Notes: generated by a model not told the origin, from the sequence alone. 64,000 bases of DNA from an uncultured Candidatus Saccharibacteria bacterium (GCA_964593375.1 CAZQIF010000001.1:6405-70404); one strand, 5' to 3'. Numbered from the stretch's first letter, positions 20,225-29,854 are shown. Numbers and translations are program-made.

Positions 20225-20625
20225 CTACGGAAAGAACATGTGTTCGACACTTCTTGGGTTGCGTGTCGTGCGCTTGTAGATGACAGACTGAAGTGCCCGG
20301 CGAAAAACATCGACGAGTTTGTCTGCAACTTCGTGCCACGACTTAGTTCTTGCAGCGTCACGTTCAAGCACAATCTTGTCTTCGAATGCAACCACTCGCT
20401 CGATTTCAGGAATCGACTCAAGCTGTGCATAAACGTCGGCCAATTCGTCGTGTCAATGTCATTCAACCGAAGAATCGTTGATCCCTCACGCAACAGTGAA
20501 GTTGAGGGAATGAGATGGAGAGCATAAGCACCATTGTTGTGATGTCCCACGCACACATGTTGGTCACTAACTCGTAAGGGTTCACCTCGAAGAAAATCTT
20601 TTCCGGTAATCATTCTTTCTTCCAT
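20225..20625 (-). pseudogene. Probably frameshifted hypothetical gene
   Basis: SD AGGAGG and ATG at 20625; protein-like sequence continues in another frame from ~20450 (DELADVYAQLESIPEIERVVAF...). Confidence 0.45.
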
Positions 20626-20749
20626 CCTAACCTCCTAGGTTGGGTTTTTACCTTATGTACAATTGTCTGTATGCATTATAGACATATATTCGTGCACCAT
20701 GTCAAGCTATGACTGTAGGTTTCCAAAAACTCATTTCATTGTGTAATTG

Positions 20750-20907
20750 TTACTAGTTCGTCGAAGTACGCCTCGTGGCTTAACCCGAGGATACTGCGAC
20801 ATTAAGAATGTATCTTCGGTGGACGATACACCTGCTAGAATAAACGCCAGGTTCAGCACGCTATACCCCGTCAGCTAGCTGCTGCGGGGTATAGCGTGCT
20901 GACGTTT
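20750..20907 (+). repeat. Structured dispersed element, copy 1
   Basis: TTACTAGTTCGTCG...TGCGACA...GCTAGAA...CTGCGGGGTA; homologous to 48883 and 56740-56897. Confidence 0.85.
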
Positions 20908-20955
20908 CTACATTCCTTCATACGGCTCGTAAGTAACTGTATAATTAACTATATT

Positions 20956-21876
20956 ATGAAACTTTCACATTTTTTTGTTCTCGCTCTCATCGTGATTATT
21001 ATTGTCATTGCCTATATCAGTTATCAAAATAAACCTGTTGTAACTGTCCCACCAGAAGTACCCGCTCAAGTCACTTCAAATCCAAAAGATATTACCTACG
21101 AAATCGACCACATCATTTTCACACTCGTGAATGGGTATGCAGAACAAGCAGTTGTTCCTGATTCTGCTTCAAAATCAACCGTGCGCATGTTCGGTGAACC
21201 GGTATACGGCGATCTCGATGGCGACGGCGACGAGGACGCAGCTGTACTCCTCACGTACGACGGTGGCGGAACCGGCACGTTCTACTATGCATCACTCGCT
21301 ATCAAGCACTCAGGTGGATTTAGGAGCACCAACACGCTACTCCTCGGCGACCGCATCGCACCACAGACCATAGAGATTCATGACGGCAAAGCAGTATTCA
21401 ATTATGCTGAACGAAAAGCAGGCGAACCGATGACTACTATGCCATCAGTAGGTAAAAGTCTTTGGATTCATCTTGACTCAAAGAAAAATGAAATTGGTGA
21501 GCTTGTACAAAATTTCGAAGGCGAATCGAGTTCAGAGCAAATGACACTCACCATGAAGCCGTGGACATGGGTACGCACCGAGTATGCTGATGGCACCATA
21601 TTCACACCGCGCCAAACGAGTGCGTTTGCAATTACCCTAAAAGAAGACGGTTCCTTTGGAGCAACAACCGACTGCAACAGCATGGGTGGTTCATACACAA
21701 AGACCTCGAGCTCACTCGTTTTCAGTGAAATCATGTCGACACTCATGTACTGCGAGAATTCTGACGAAGCAACCTTCTCCTCACTCCTTAATGAAGTGAA
21801 AACATATCGATTCACGAGTAAAGGTGAGCTCCTCCTCGATACCGACATGGGGCTTAAAACCGCAGTCTTCCGCTAG
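20956..21876 (+). CDS. META (HslJ-like) domain exported protein
   Basis: TM anchor, DLDGDGDED motif, C-terminal TDCNSMGGSY...STLMYC. Confidence 0.85.
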   Translation: MKLSHFFVLALIVIIIVIAYISYQNKPVVTVPPEVPAQVTSNPKDITYEIDHIIFTLVNGYAEQAVVPDSASKSTVRMFGEPVYGDLDGDGDEDAAVLLTYDGGGTGTFYYASLAIKHSGGFRSTNTLLLGDRIAPQTIEIHDGKAVFNYAERKAGEPMTTMPSVGKSLWIHLDSKKNEIGELVQNFEGESSSEQMTLTMKPWTWVRTEYADGTIFTPRQTSAFAITLKEDGSFGATTDCNSMGGSYTKTSSSLVFSEIMSTLMYCENSDEATFSSLLNEVKTYRFTSKGELLLDTDMGLKTAVFR

Positions 21877-21896
21877 TACTAAATATTCTTTGTGAC

Positions 21897-22445
21897 ATGA
21901 AAATCGCTATCGGTACGCTCCGCAAACCAAAAATCGACGGCATTAAAGAAGGTGTGAGCTCATGTCCGTATTTTCGTGATGTTCTTGAATCGATTGAATT
22001 CATTCCCACTGAAGTCTCTTCAGATATCAGCCATATGCCACTCACAATTCAAGAAGTAATGCAGGGAGCATTCAACCGCGCGAGAAATTTAATTAAACTC
22101 GGCATAGAAGCTGATTACTACATTGGCATCGAAGGTGGTGTCTCTCGTTTTGGTGAAAAAGCGTACATTTTCGGATGCGTATACATACAAAATGCTACAG
22201 GAGAAGGTCACTATGGTTTTTCACCCATGGCAGAAGTACCAAAACTCGTTGATGCACGACTCTATGAGAATGGGGAAGAGCTTGGACACATAATGGGAGA
22301 ACTTTCAGGAAGAACCGATATTCGTTCCGAAAACGGAAGCATGGGCGCATGGACTGATGACATGTTCACAAGAAAAGATGAATTCGTCGACGCCTTCAAA
22401 GCCGCCATCGCCCCGTTTTATAATTCGTTTTATACACTCAAATAA
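21897..22445 (+). CDS. yjjX: Inosine/xanthosine triphosphatase (YjjX/DUF84)
   Basis: IAIGT..PK, GAFNRA, IGIEGG, EELGHIM motifs. Confidence 0.88.
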   Translation: MKIAIGTLRKPKIDGIKEGVSSCPYFRDVLESIEFIPTEVSSDISHMPLTIQEVMQGAFNRARNLIKLGIEADYYIGIEGGVSRFGEKAYIFGCVYIQNATGEGHYGFSPMAEVPKLVDARLYENGEELGHIMGELSGRTDIRSENGSMGAWTDDMFTRKDEFVDAFKAAIAPFYNSFYTLK

Positions 22446-22509
22446 ATATCAACACGTGTTGATGAATTATCGGTAAGTATTTGTGTACACCAATGTTAAG
22501 ATTTTATCG

Positions 22510-22932
22510 ATGGATATGTACAAAAAAGATTTTGATAAGTGGAACAGTGAAAAGAAACTAATAAACGAAAACCATAGAAAGGTTTTTGGTTACCCTCGTG
22601 AAGTATGGTGGTGTTCACTTGGTGTCAATGTAGGGTCTGAAATAGACGGAAAGAACGAAAATTTTGAACGCCCTGTTATTATCCTTCGTGTATACAACAA
22701 GGAAACCATGCTTGTACTGCCAACTACCGGTAAAGTTCAGGATAACAAATTCCATTTACCAATTGAGATTGAGACATACAACCCAGAGACTAAAAATACA
22801 TACAACAAGACCGTGTATGTAAAATTGACACAAGCTCGTGTGATAAGTAACAAACGATTGCTACGTAAAGTTGATGTGATTAACGAAAATGAGTTTGAGA
22901 AGATACGGGATGCGTTCAAATCATTCACCTAA
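22510..22932 (+). CDS. PemK/MazF family toxin, no protein antitoxin nearby
   Basis: EVWWCSLGVNVGSEIDGK..FERPVIIL...LPTT...QARVISNKRL. Confidence 0.9.
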   Translation: MDMYKKDFDKWNSEKKLINENHRKVFGYPREVWWCSLGVNVGSEIDGKNENFERPVIILRVYNKETMLVLPTTGKVQDNKFHLPIEIETYNPETKNTYNKTVYVKLTQARVISNKRLLRKVDVINENEFEKIRDAFKSFT

Positions 22933-23019
22933 ATACATCGATACCCCACATTACTGTGGGGTATCTCGGAGGCCGAAGCCCTAATGCATATATAATACCT
23001 GATTGAAAATTTTACGCAA
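22933..23019 (-). ncRNA. Candidate small RNA convergent on pemK (putative RNA antitoxin)
   Basis: TTGCGT-16-TATTAT promoter, GGC-TTCG-GCC hairpin with possible CCGA pseudoknot, 11-bp hairpin GATACCCCACA/TGTGGGGTATC. Confidence 0.55.
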
Positions 23020-23128
23020 GGATGAATAGTATATTCACTTTTCAAAAACTGCGTTCAGTGAAAGAATCGTACAATTCTATCAACACCCGGACCTTTACCC
23101 TCTTTGGACAGGAGTATACTGAAAGTAT

Positions 23129-24565
23129 ATGAAAAAAGAGATACCCCTAGGTCAAAGTAGGGAAGTGGTAGAAGAGATGGCAGAAAAAATTGAGCAGACG
23201 CTCAACGCGTTTGATGTACCCATCAAAGTAGTAAAAGCAATTGAAGGGCTACACAGCTATCACTTTCACCTCAAAACATTAAAGCCGGTACGAATGAAAG
23301 CGATTGAATCATTCGAACAAGATCTTCGGTATGCACTCGGTTCAAGCAAAGTTGAGATACAGGCACCAATACCTGATGAGGTGCTCATCGGTATCAGTGT
23401 GCCTAAAAGTGATTCAATTCCAATGCTACTGTGGAGTGATGCTGTAGAAGCAGAAGAATTTGCTGATTCCGGCTACCTCGTTGTTCCGCTCGGGCAGGAT
23501 GAATTTGGCGAAGAAGTTAATCTCAAGATTCCACGACTTCCACACGTACTCATTGGTGGTGCAACTGGTTCTGGTAAGACTGTTCTTCTCTATTCCATCA
23601 TCAATTCGCTTATGTTGAAGCATAGTCCTGATGAAGTCCGTTTTATTTTTGCTGATCCAAAACGGTGGAGTCTCGTTCAATACAATGGTATACCACACCT
23701 CCTTACGCCGGTTATTACTGACGCAAAGCGTGTGATTCTCGCACTCAAACATTGTATTAAAGAAATGGAACGAAGACTTGATATTTTTCTGGAAAACAGA
23801 ATTCTAAATATTTCTTCGTACCATACAAGTATCTACCAACCCGCTATTGAGAAATTTAAAAAGAGAGGTTCACGAGAAGATGAACGCGATGATCTCCCAG
23901 AACCGCTCCCGTACATTGTTATAGTGCTTGATGAGCTTTCTGATTTGATGGCGGCATACCCAAAAGAACTTGAAGCGTGCATTGTACGATTAGCACAAAA
24001 AAGCCGTACTGTTGGGATACATCTCATACTGAGTACACAACGTCCATCAGTGAATGTCGTAACCGGTCTCATGAAGGCAAATATTCCAACACGTATTGCG
24101 TTTCAAGTAACTTCCTCAATTGACTCACGTACTATTCTTGATCAATCAGGGGCGGAAAAATTGCTTGGCAATGGTGACATGCTCTACATAAACGCAGAAA
24201 TGTTACAACCAGCACGAATACAGGGATACTATATTTCTGATGAGGAAATGTTGAAAAACATAGAATTAATTAGAATGAAATACGACATGCCAGAACTTGA
24301 TTCTATACAATTCAGTAATAATAACTCTACAAATGGAGCATTTTTCAGTAATGATGAAGAAGATGAAGATGATGACCTGTACGAAGATGTAAAAGCGGTT
24401 GTAGTTGAAACAGGGAAGGCATCAACTTCATTTTTGCAACGAAAATTTGGTATCGGATATTCTCGCTCAGCAAAACTCATCGATTTACTCGAGGAGCGTG
24501 GTGTGATCGGCCCCAGCAATGGTTCAGAGCCACGAAAGGTACTTATTCCAAAGGAGGAAGACTAA
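23129..24565 (+). CDS. Soluble FtsK/SpoIIIE DNA translocase (alpha-beta-gamma, no membrane domain)
   Basis: GGATGSGKT, LDELSDLM, TQRPS, gamma domain ASTSFLQRKFGIGYSRSAKLID. Confidence 0.95.
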   Translation: MKKEIPLGQSREVVEEMAEKIEQTLNAFDVPIKVVKAIEGLHSYHFHLKTLKPVRMKAIESFEQDLRYALGSSKVEIQAPIPDEVLIGISVPKSDSIPMLLWSDAVEAEEFADSGYLVVPLGQDEFGEEVNLKIPRLPHVLIGGATGSGKTVLLYSIINSLMLKHSPDEVRFIFADPKRWSLVQYNGIPHLLTPVITDAKRVILALKHCIKEMERRLDIFLENRILNISSYHTSIYQPAIEKFKKRGSREDERDDLPEPLPYIVIVLDELSDLMAAYPKELEACIVRLAQKSRTVGIHLILSTQRPSVNVVTGLMKANIPTRIAFQVTSSIDSRTILDQSGAEKLLGNGDMLYINAEMLQPARIQGYYISDEEMLKNIELIRMKYDMPELDSIQFSNNNSTNGAFFSNDEEDEDDDLYEDVKAVVVETGKASTSFLQRKFGIGYSRSAKLIDLLEERGVIGPSNGSEPRKVLIPKEED

Positions 24566-24576
24566 CATCACGTACC

Positions 24577-24948
24577 ATGCAACCACTCGATGAAATACAT
24601 AATCCCGAACTACTTGAAATAATTGAAATTATTTCAATGGTGTACGAAAAATTTGAAATGCCAATCGAAGTTGAGGGAGTTTCTGAAGAAGATTTGCTAT
24701 ATGTCGTTCACTGTCTCGAATTAAATCATGCAAAAATCGATAAGGTAGATAAGTTACCTTCAACAATAGAATACACACTCAATAGAAAACCTGTCACCAT
24801 CAATCGACTATCCGAAGAACCAGACGACTACCGCTTTGAGATTCGTGTTCCTATGAAGTATGAAGAACCTGAAACGGCAATGGTTAAGGAAGAAAAGGAC
24901 AGTATCTTTATAATTTTCAATCCACTTGAATCGCCTGGTTTTGCTTAG
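24577..24948 (+). CDS. Stand-alone FtsK alpha-domain-like protein
   Basis: FEMPIEV...IEYTL...VTI...FEIRVPMK aligns by eye with FDVPIKV...LRYAL...VEI...IGISVPK of the upstream FtsK. Confidence 0.6.
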   Translation: MQPLDEIHNPELLEIIEIISMVYEKFEMPIEVEGVSEEDLLYVVHCLELNHAKIDKVDKLPSTIEYTLNRKPVTINRLSEEPDDYRFEIRVPMKYEEPETAMVKEEKDSIFIIFNPLESPGFA

Positions 24949-25104
24949 TGATTTGAAGCAAACGCTTCTAAAACAGCCCGCGCCTTCGACGCGGGTGAAG
25001 GCAAAAAGTGAATTGAGTAAACCTACCTTAAATGCTACGATTTGCTATGTCACTTACAATACAATCGACATCCAGTTACGTCATGAAATCAAATAAGCGA
25101 AGCT

Positions 25105-27891
25105 ATGAGAATAAACTTTTCTGAAGTACAACGTAATGTCTCCGAGATTGCTAATCGCCAACAGTATACAATCAATGTGCTATATGAACTGATGGCTGCT
25201 TATGGTCGCTCTGCTTCATCAATCACGAAGCTTAGAAACGGAGTCAATAATCTCGCCGCTGACAAAAATACTACTGTTCTCCAACGCGGTGTAGTTTATT
25301 TTAAAGTCATTCAAAATACCGGCAGTTTGCCAGCTCAAGTCGAAAAACTAGAACAAGACCCTTTAACACAGCGCTACAACCCACGCTTTTTAATTGCGAC
25401 TGACTTAAAAAACTTTGCAGCAAAAGACACGAAGAAAGGAAACACACTTGAAATTGACTGGACTAACATAGACAGAAATGTTGATTTTTTTTATGGCTGG
25501 ACCGGAGACGAGGTTACTAGCGAAAAGACCGAAGCCGTTGCTGACCGCAGAGCTGCAGATAAAATGAAGGAGCTATACCAAGAAGTCGAGAAGGTCAATG
25601 CAAGCAAGTTCAAAAAAACCGGAAAGGATTTTCGTCACAATCTCAATGTATTTTTCACACGCCTGCTTTTCTGCTTCTTTGCTGAAGATACCGGGGTTTT
25701 TGCAAAAGAAGAGAGAGGAGTTTTTACAAGTGCAATACGTGATTATACGCAGATAGACGGTTCGGACTTAGATCAATTCCTCGGGACACTTTTCGAGTCA
25801 CTTGATGAAGAAGATAAAAGTATCTTCACTAGTCCATTTTCTAAGTTCCCATATGTAAATGGAAGATTGTTCGATAAGACTTATGGAATAGAAATTCCAA
25901 AATTTAATGCGCAGTCACGGCATCTTATTCTTGAATGCGGTGCACTTAGTTGGGCCCAAATCAATCCAGACATATTTGGTTCGATGTTCCAGAGTATTGT
26001 TGATGAGGAACATCGCGCTACTCACGGGATGCACTACACAAGCGTGCCAAATATTATGAAGACTATAGAGCCCCTATTCCTAGATGAACTCCGTGATGAA
26101 TTTGATAAATATTATGATGACCCAAAAAAGTTACAAAAACTGCATGAAAGGATATCAAAGATAAAAATATTTGATCCAGCTTGTGGCTCAGGAAATTTTT
26201 TAATCATTGCTTATAAGGAACTCAGAAAACTAGAACATGCCATTATTGAGCGTCTGTTTGAAGATGAATACATTGCCAATCAGCTTAAGAATAAGCTGCA
26301 ATCAAGTATTGACCTGAATAATTTCTACGGAATTGAGATAGATGATTTTGCGTGTGAGGTTGCTGTACTTTCGCTTTACTTGACTAAACATCAAATGAAC
26401 TTGGAGTTTGAAAAGCAGTTTGGTAGGGAAATCAAACTCATCCCACTTGTAGATAAGGCCAATGTTATTCACGGGAATGCAACCAGACTCGATTGGCAAG
26501 AAGTTTGCCCAAACGTCCCAACAAAGAAAAGTATGATTACTGAGCTGCAAGGACAGCTAATTGTGACTGAAGAAAATACCAATCACCTTCTGATGGAGAA
26601 TGAATGGGATGAAATATATCTCATTAGTAATCCTCCGTACTTGGGTCAACCTAATCAAGAAGATTCGCATAAAGCGGACATGGATTTTGTATTTGGGGGG
26701 TTACAGGGTAAGTTTAAGAAACTTGACTATGTCGGGTGTTGGTTTTTTAAGGGTACAGAATACATATCCAATACAAAAGCAAAATTAGCATTCATATCAA
26801 CTAACTCCATTTTTCAAGGTGTTCAAGTTGAGCAACTTTGGCCAAAATTATTCAGTCATAATATCGAGATTCAGTTTGCTTTTTCTCCTTTCAGGTGGAC
26901 TAACAACGCAAGAGATAATGCGGGTGTGTATGTGACTGTGGTCTCCTTAAGAGTGAGAGGAAAGTCAGATAAGTATTTGTTTATTGATGGAATCAAGTTG
27001 AAAGCGCGGAACATTAACGCATACTTGATTGATGCAGATAACATAATCGTAGGCAAGACAAAGCATTCGATTTCAAGCCTACATCCAGTGCTAGGGGGGT
27101 GCCAGCCACGTGAGGGTGGGCATCTCATGCTGTCCGATAAAGAGAAGCATGAGTTGTTAAAAAGATCTCCAGAAGCAAATAGATTCATCAAACCGATGAT
27201 TGGCACAAATGAACTAATTAAGGGAACTCGGAAGTGGTGCATTTGGATAGAAGATTCAGAACTAGATGAAGCTTTCAAGATTAAGGAAATCAAGGAAAGA
27301 GTAAACTCTGTCCGAGCGCATAGAATCTCTGGAAATTCAGTTGAGCGAACATTTGCTAACGTTCCTCATAGGTTTGTTACAATCAAACGCCCAATGGCGC
27401 ATCAAATTGTAATTCCTAACTTAACACCCATTGATAAACCTTATCTTCCATTAGGATACTTAAATAGAGAGTACATTGTAAATAAGCAAGCATATTGCAT
27501 ATTTGACTCTGGTTTGGAATATTTTGCACTTTTAATATCAAAAACTCACATGAAATGGCTCGAAGTAGTTTGCGGTAGATTGGGCAACGCAATAAGCTAT
27601 TCTGCACATATTGGATATAATACTTTCCCGGTAAAGAATATGGATGAAAGTGAAGTTAATAAGCTAAGAGCTTCGGCCAGGGAAATATTATTTACACGAC
27701 AAAATCATTCAGAAATGAGTTTGGGAGAGCTGTACTCTACAACCACCATGCCAGATGATTTGCGTGAGGCGCATCATCAAAATGACTTACTGGTAGACAA
27801 GTTATATCGACAAAAACCGTATGCTAATGATGAAGAACGACTGACTGACTTGTTTAAATTGTATGAAGAAATGATAACTAAAGAGAAATAA
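25105..27891 (+). CDS. MmeI/YeeA(DnmA)-like N6-adenine DNA methyltransferase with target-recognition domain
   Basis: FPYVNGRLF, INPDIFGSMFQ, GMHYTSVPNI, FDPACGSGNFL, SNPPY. Confidence 0.93.
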   Translation: MRINFSEVQRNVSEIANRQQYTINVLYELMAAYGRSASSITKLRNGVNNLAADKNTTVLQRGVVYFKVIQNTGSLPAQVEKLEQDPLTQRYNPRFLIATDLKNFAAKDTKKGNTLEIDWTNIDRNVDFFYGWTGDEVTSEKTEAVADRRAADKMKELYQEVEKVNASKFKKTGKDFRHNLNVFFTRLLFCFFAEDTGVFAKEERGVFTSAIRDYTQIDGSDLDQFLGTLFESLDEEDKSIFTSPFSKFPYVNGRLFDKTYGIEIPKFNAQSRHLILECGALSWAQINPDIFGSMFQSIVDEEHRATHGMHYTSVPNIMKTIEPLFLDELRDEFDKYYDDPKKLQKLHERISKIKIFDPACGSGNFLIIAYKELRKLEHAIIERLFEDEYIANQLKNKLQSSIDLNNFYGIEIDDFACEVAVLSLYLTKHQMNLEFEKQFGREIKLIPLVDKANVIHGNATRLDWQEVCPNVPTKKSMITELQGQLIVTEENTNHLLMENEWDEIYLISNPPYLGQPNQEDSHKADMDFVFGGLQGKFKKLDYVGCWFFKGTEYISNTKAKLAFISTNSIFQGVQVEQLWPKLFSHNIEIQFAFSPFRWTNNARDNAGVYVTVVSLRVRGKSDKYLFIDGIKLKARNINAYLIDADNIIVGKTKHSISSLHPVLGGCQPREGGHLMLSDKEKHELLKRSPEANRFIKPMIGTNELIKGTRKWCIWIEDSELDEAFKIKEIKERVNSVRAHRISGNSVERTFANVPHRFVTIKRPMAHQIVIPNLTPIDKPYLPLGYLNREYIVNKQAYCIFDSGLEYFALLISKTHMKWLEVVCGRLGNAISYSAHIGYNTFPVKNMDESEVNKLRASAREILFTRQNHSEMSLGELYSTTTMPDDLREAHHQNDLLVDKLYRQKPYANDEERLTDLFKLYEEMITKEK

Positions 27892-27892
27892 T

Positions 27893-29851
27893 ATGAACAA
27901 GGAAACAATAAACATAATAGAAAATGAGTATGAGCAGACGGGTGCAAGTAAGCGTCAGAATGAATTTGGCATGCGTGAGATGCAAGTGCGAGCCTATGAA
28001 AAACGTAATAGTAATCATTTACTGATTAAAGCTCCACCTGCATCTGGTAAATCTCGGGCACTAATGTTTATTGCCTTGGACAAACTACACAATCAAGGTA
28101 AGAAGAAAGTAATTGTGGCGGTACCCGAAACTTCAATTGGTGCTTCATTTTCTAGTATCAAACTTACAGAAAACGGTTTCTATGCTGACTGGGTTGTAGA
28201 ACCGATGAATAATCTATGTGCAGGTACTTGTGATGATAAAAGTAAAGTTAAGGCTTTTGTTAGATTCATGAATGGTGAAGATCGAATACTTGTTTGTACT
28301 CACGCAACACTTCGCTTTGCTTTTGAGGAGATACCATCCAAAGATTTCAATGACTGCGTATTGGCAATTGATGAATTCCACCATGTCTCAACGAGTGATT
28401 CGAGTCGGCTAGGAGAATTGGTCAGAAATGTGATGCGTGATTCTAATGTTCAAATGATTGCAATGACCGGGTCATACTTTCGAGGTGATGCTGTGCCCAT
28501 ACTTCGTGCAGAGGATGAAATGAATTTTGATAAAGTCACTTACACTTACTACGAACAACTTAACGGGTATGAGTACTTGAAAACCCTGGGCATAGGTTAT
28601 CACTTCTATACCGGAAACTACCTCGATAAAGGCGCGCTCGATAGTGTGCTAGATACAACAAAGAAGACCATCATTCATATTCCAAATGTGAATTCAAAAG
28701 AGTCAACACAGATTGGTAAGGATGAAGAGGTGCAACATATCTACGGTATCATTGGTGAATGGATCGAACAGGATTCCGATACTGGTATAGAAATTTTAGA
28801 AACAGAAGATGGTAGAAAATTGAAGATCGCAAATCTTGTGGAGGATGAACCAATTCATAGAAGCAAGTTAGACAAATATCTAGCTGACGTGGCTCGAGAT
28901 AGTATCGATGGCGTAGACATTATCATCGCACTTGGTAAGGCAAAAGAAGGATTTGATTGGCCATTTTGTGAACAAGCACTCACCATCGGGTATCGAGCAA
29001 GTCTAACTGAAATCGTACAAATAATAGGTCGTTGCACGAGAGATAGCTACAACAAAAACCACGCACAGTTCACAAATTTAATCGTTCAACCAAATGGAAC
29101 ACAGGATGATGTACAGGTATCGGTCAATAACATGCTCAAGGCGATTACCGCTTCTTTACTCATGGAGCAGGTCCTCGCCCCTAACTTTACTTTCAAACCA
29201 AGGACATCCCCACGAGATAAAACTTCTGCAGGGGAGGTGTTTGTCAAAGGACTCAGACAACCAACGAATGAGAAGGTGAAAAGAATACTGGAAACCGAGT
29301 TGGAAGATTTAACTGCTGCTGTTCTGCAAGACACACAATATCAAAGGTCCGTAGCAGCAGACCATTCTCCTGAGTATCGCAAGCACTTGCAATCAAAAAT
29401 AATTCGAGAAAAACTGCCTGGTCTCACTGACGAGGAAGTGGAGACAACAAGACAGTATCTCGCTAGCAACCTGGCGTTTAAAACCGGAAAGATAACTGCA
29501 GATGGAGATAAGAAATTTATTACCATGGCAAATAGTTTCGTTAATCTTGATGATTTGACCATTGACTTGATTGATTCTGTGAACCCATTCCAGCATGCGT
29601 TTGAGGTTATTTCTAAAAAAGTAGGTGCTGATGTATTCAGGGTCATTCAGGATACGATTGCTGGTTCACGTATAGATATGTCAGACGAGGATGCACTTGT
29701 GCTCGTTCCTCAAATAGAGTCGTTTGTCGTCACTCACAATGGTCAACACCCAAAACTGAATTCAAACGACAAGAATGAGAAGTTACTAGCACAGGCAAAA
29801 GCGTATCTCACTGCTAGATATTCTCAAATCATGAGGGATAAGCAAAAATAA
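27893..29851 (+). CDS. YeeB-like SF2 (DEAD/DEAH) helicase
   Basis: APPASGKSRALMF, IDEFHH, MTGSYFRGD, QIIGR. Confidence 0.9.
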   Translation: MNKETINIIENEYEQTGASKRQNEFGMREMQVRAYEKRNSNHLLIKAPPASGKSRALMFIALDKLHNQGKKKVIVAVPETSIGASFSSIKLTENGFYADWVVEPMNNLCAGTCDDKSKVKAFVRFMNGEDRILVCTHATLRFAFEEIPSKDFNDCVLAIDEFHHVSTSDSSRLGELVRNVMRDSNVQMIAMTGSYFRGDAVPILRAEDEMNFDKVTYTYYEQLNGYEYLKTLGIGYHFYTGNYLDKGALDSVLDTTKKTIIHIPNVNSKESTQIGKDEEVQHIYGIIGEWIEQDSDTGIEILETEDGRKLKIANLVEDEPIHRSKLDKYLADVARDSIDGVDIIIALGKAKEGFDWPFCEQALTIGYRASLTEIVQIIGRCTRDSYNKNHAQFTNLIVQPNGTQDDVQVSVNNMLKAITASLLMEQVLAPNFTFKPRTSPRDKTSAGEVFVKGLRQPTNEKVKRILETELEDLTAAVLQDTQYQRSVAADHSPEYRKHLQSKIIREKLPGLTDEEVETTRQYLASNLAFKTGKITADGDKKFITMANSFVNLDDLTIDLIDSVNPFQHAFEVISKKVGADVFRVIQDTIAGSRIDMSDEDALVLVPQIESFVVTHNGQHPKLNSNDKNEKLLAQAKAYLTARYSQIMRDKQK

Positions 29852-29854
29852 TTC

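Noticed and set aside
19050-20640. Prophage remnant
   Set aside because: No structural, terminase, integrase or replication genes recognised.
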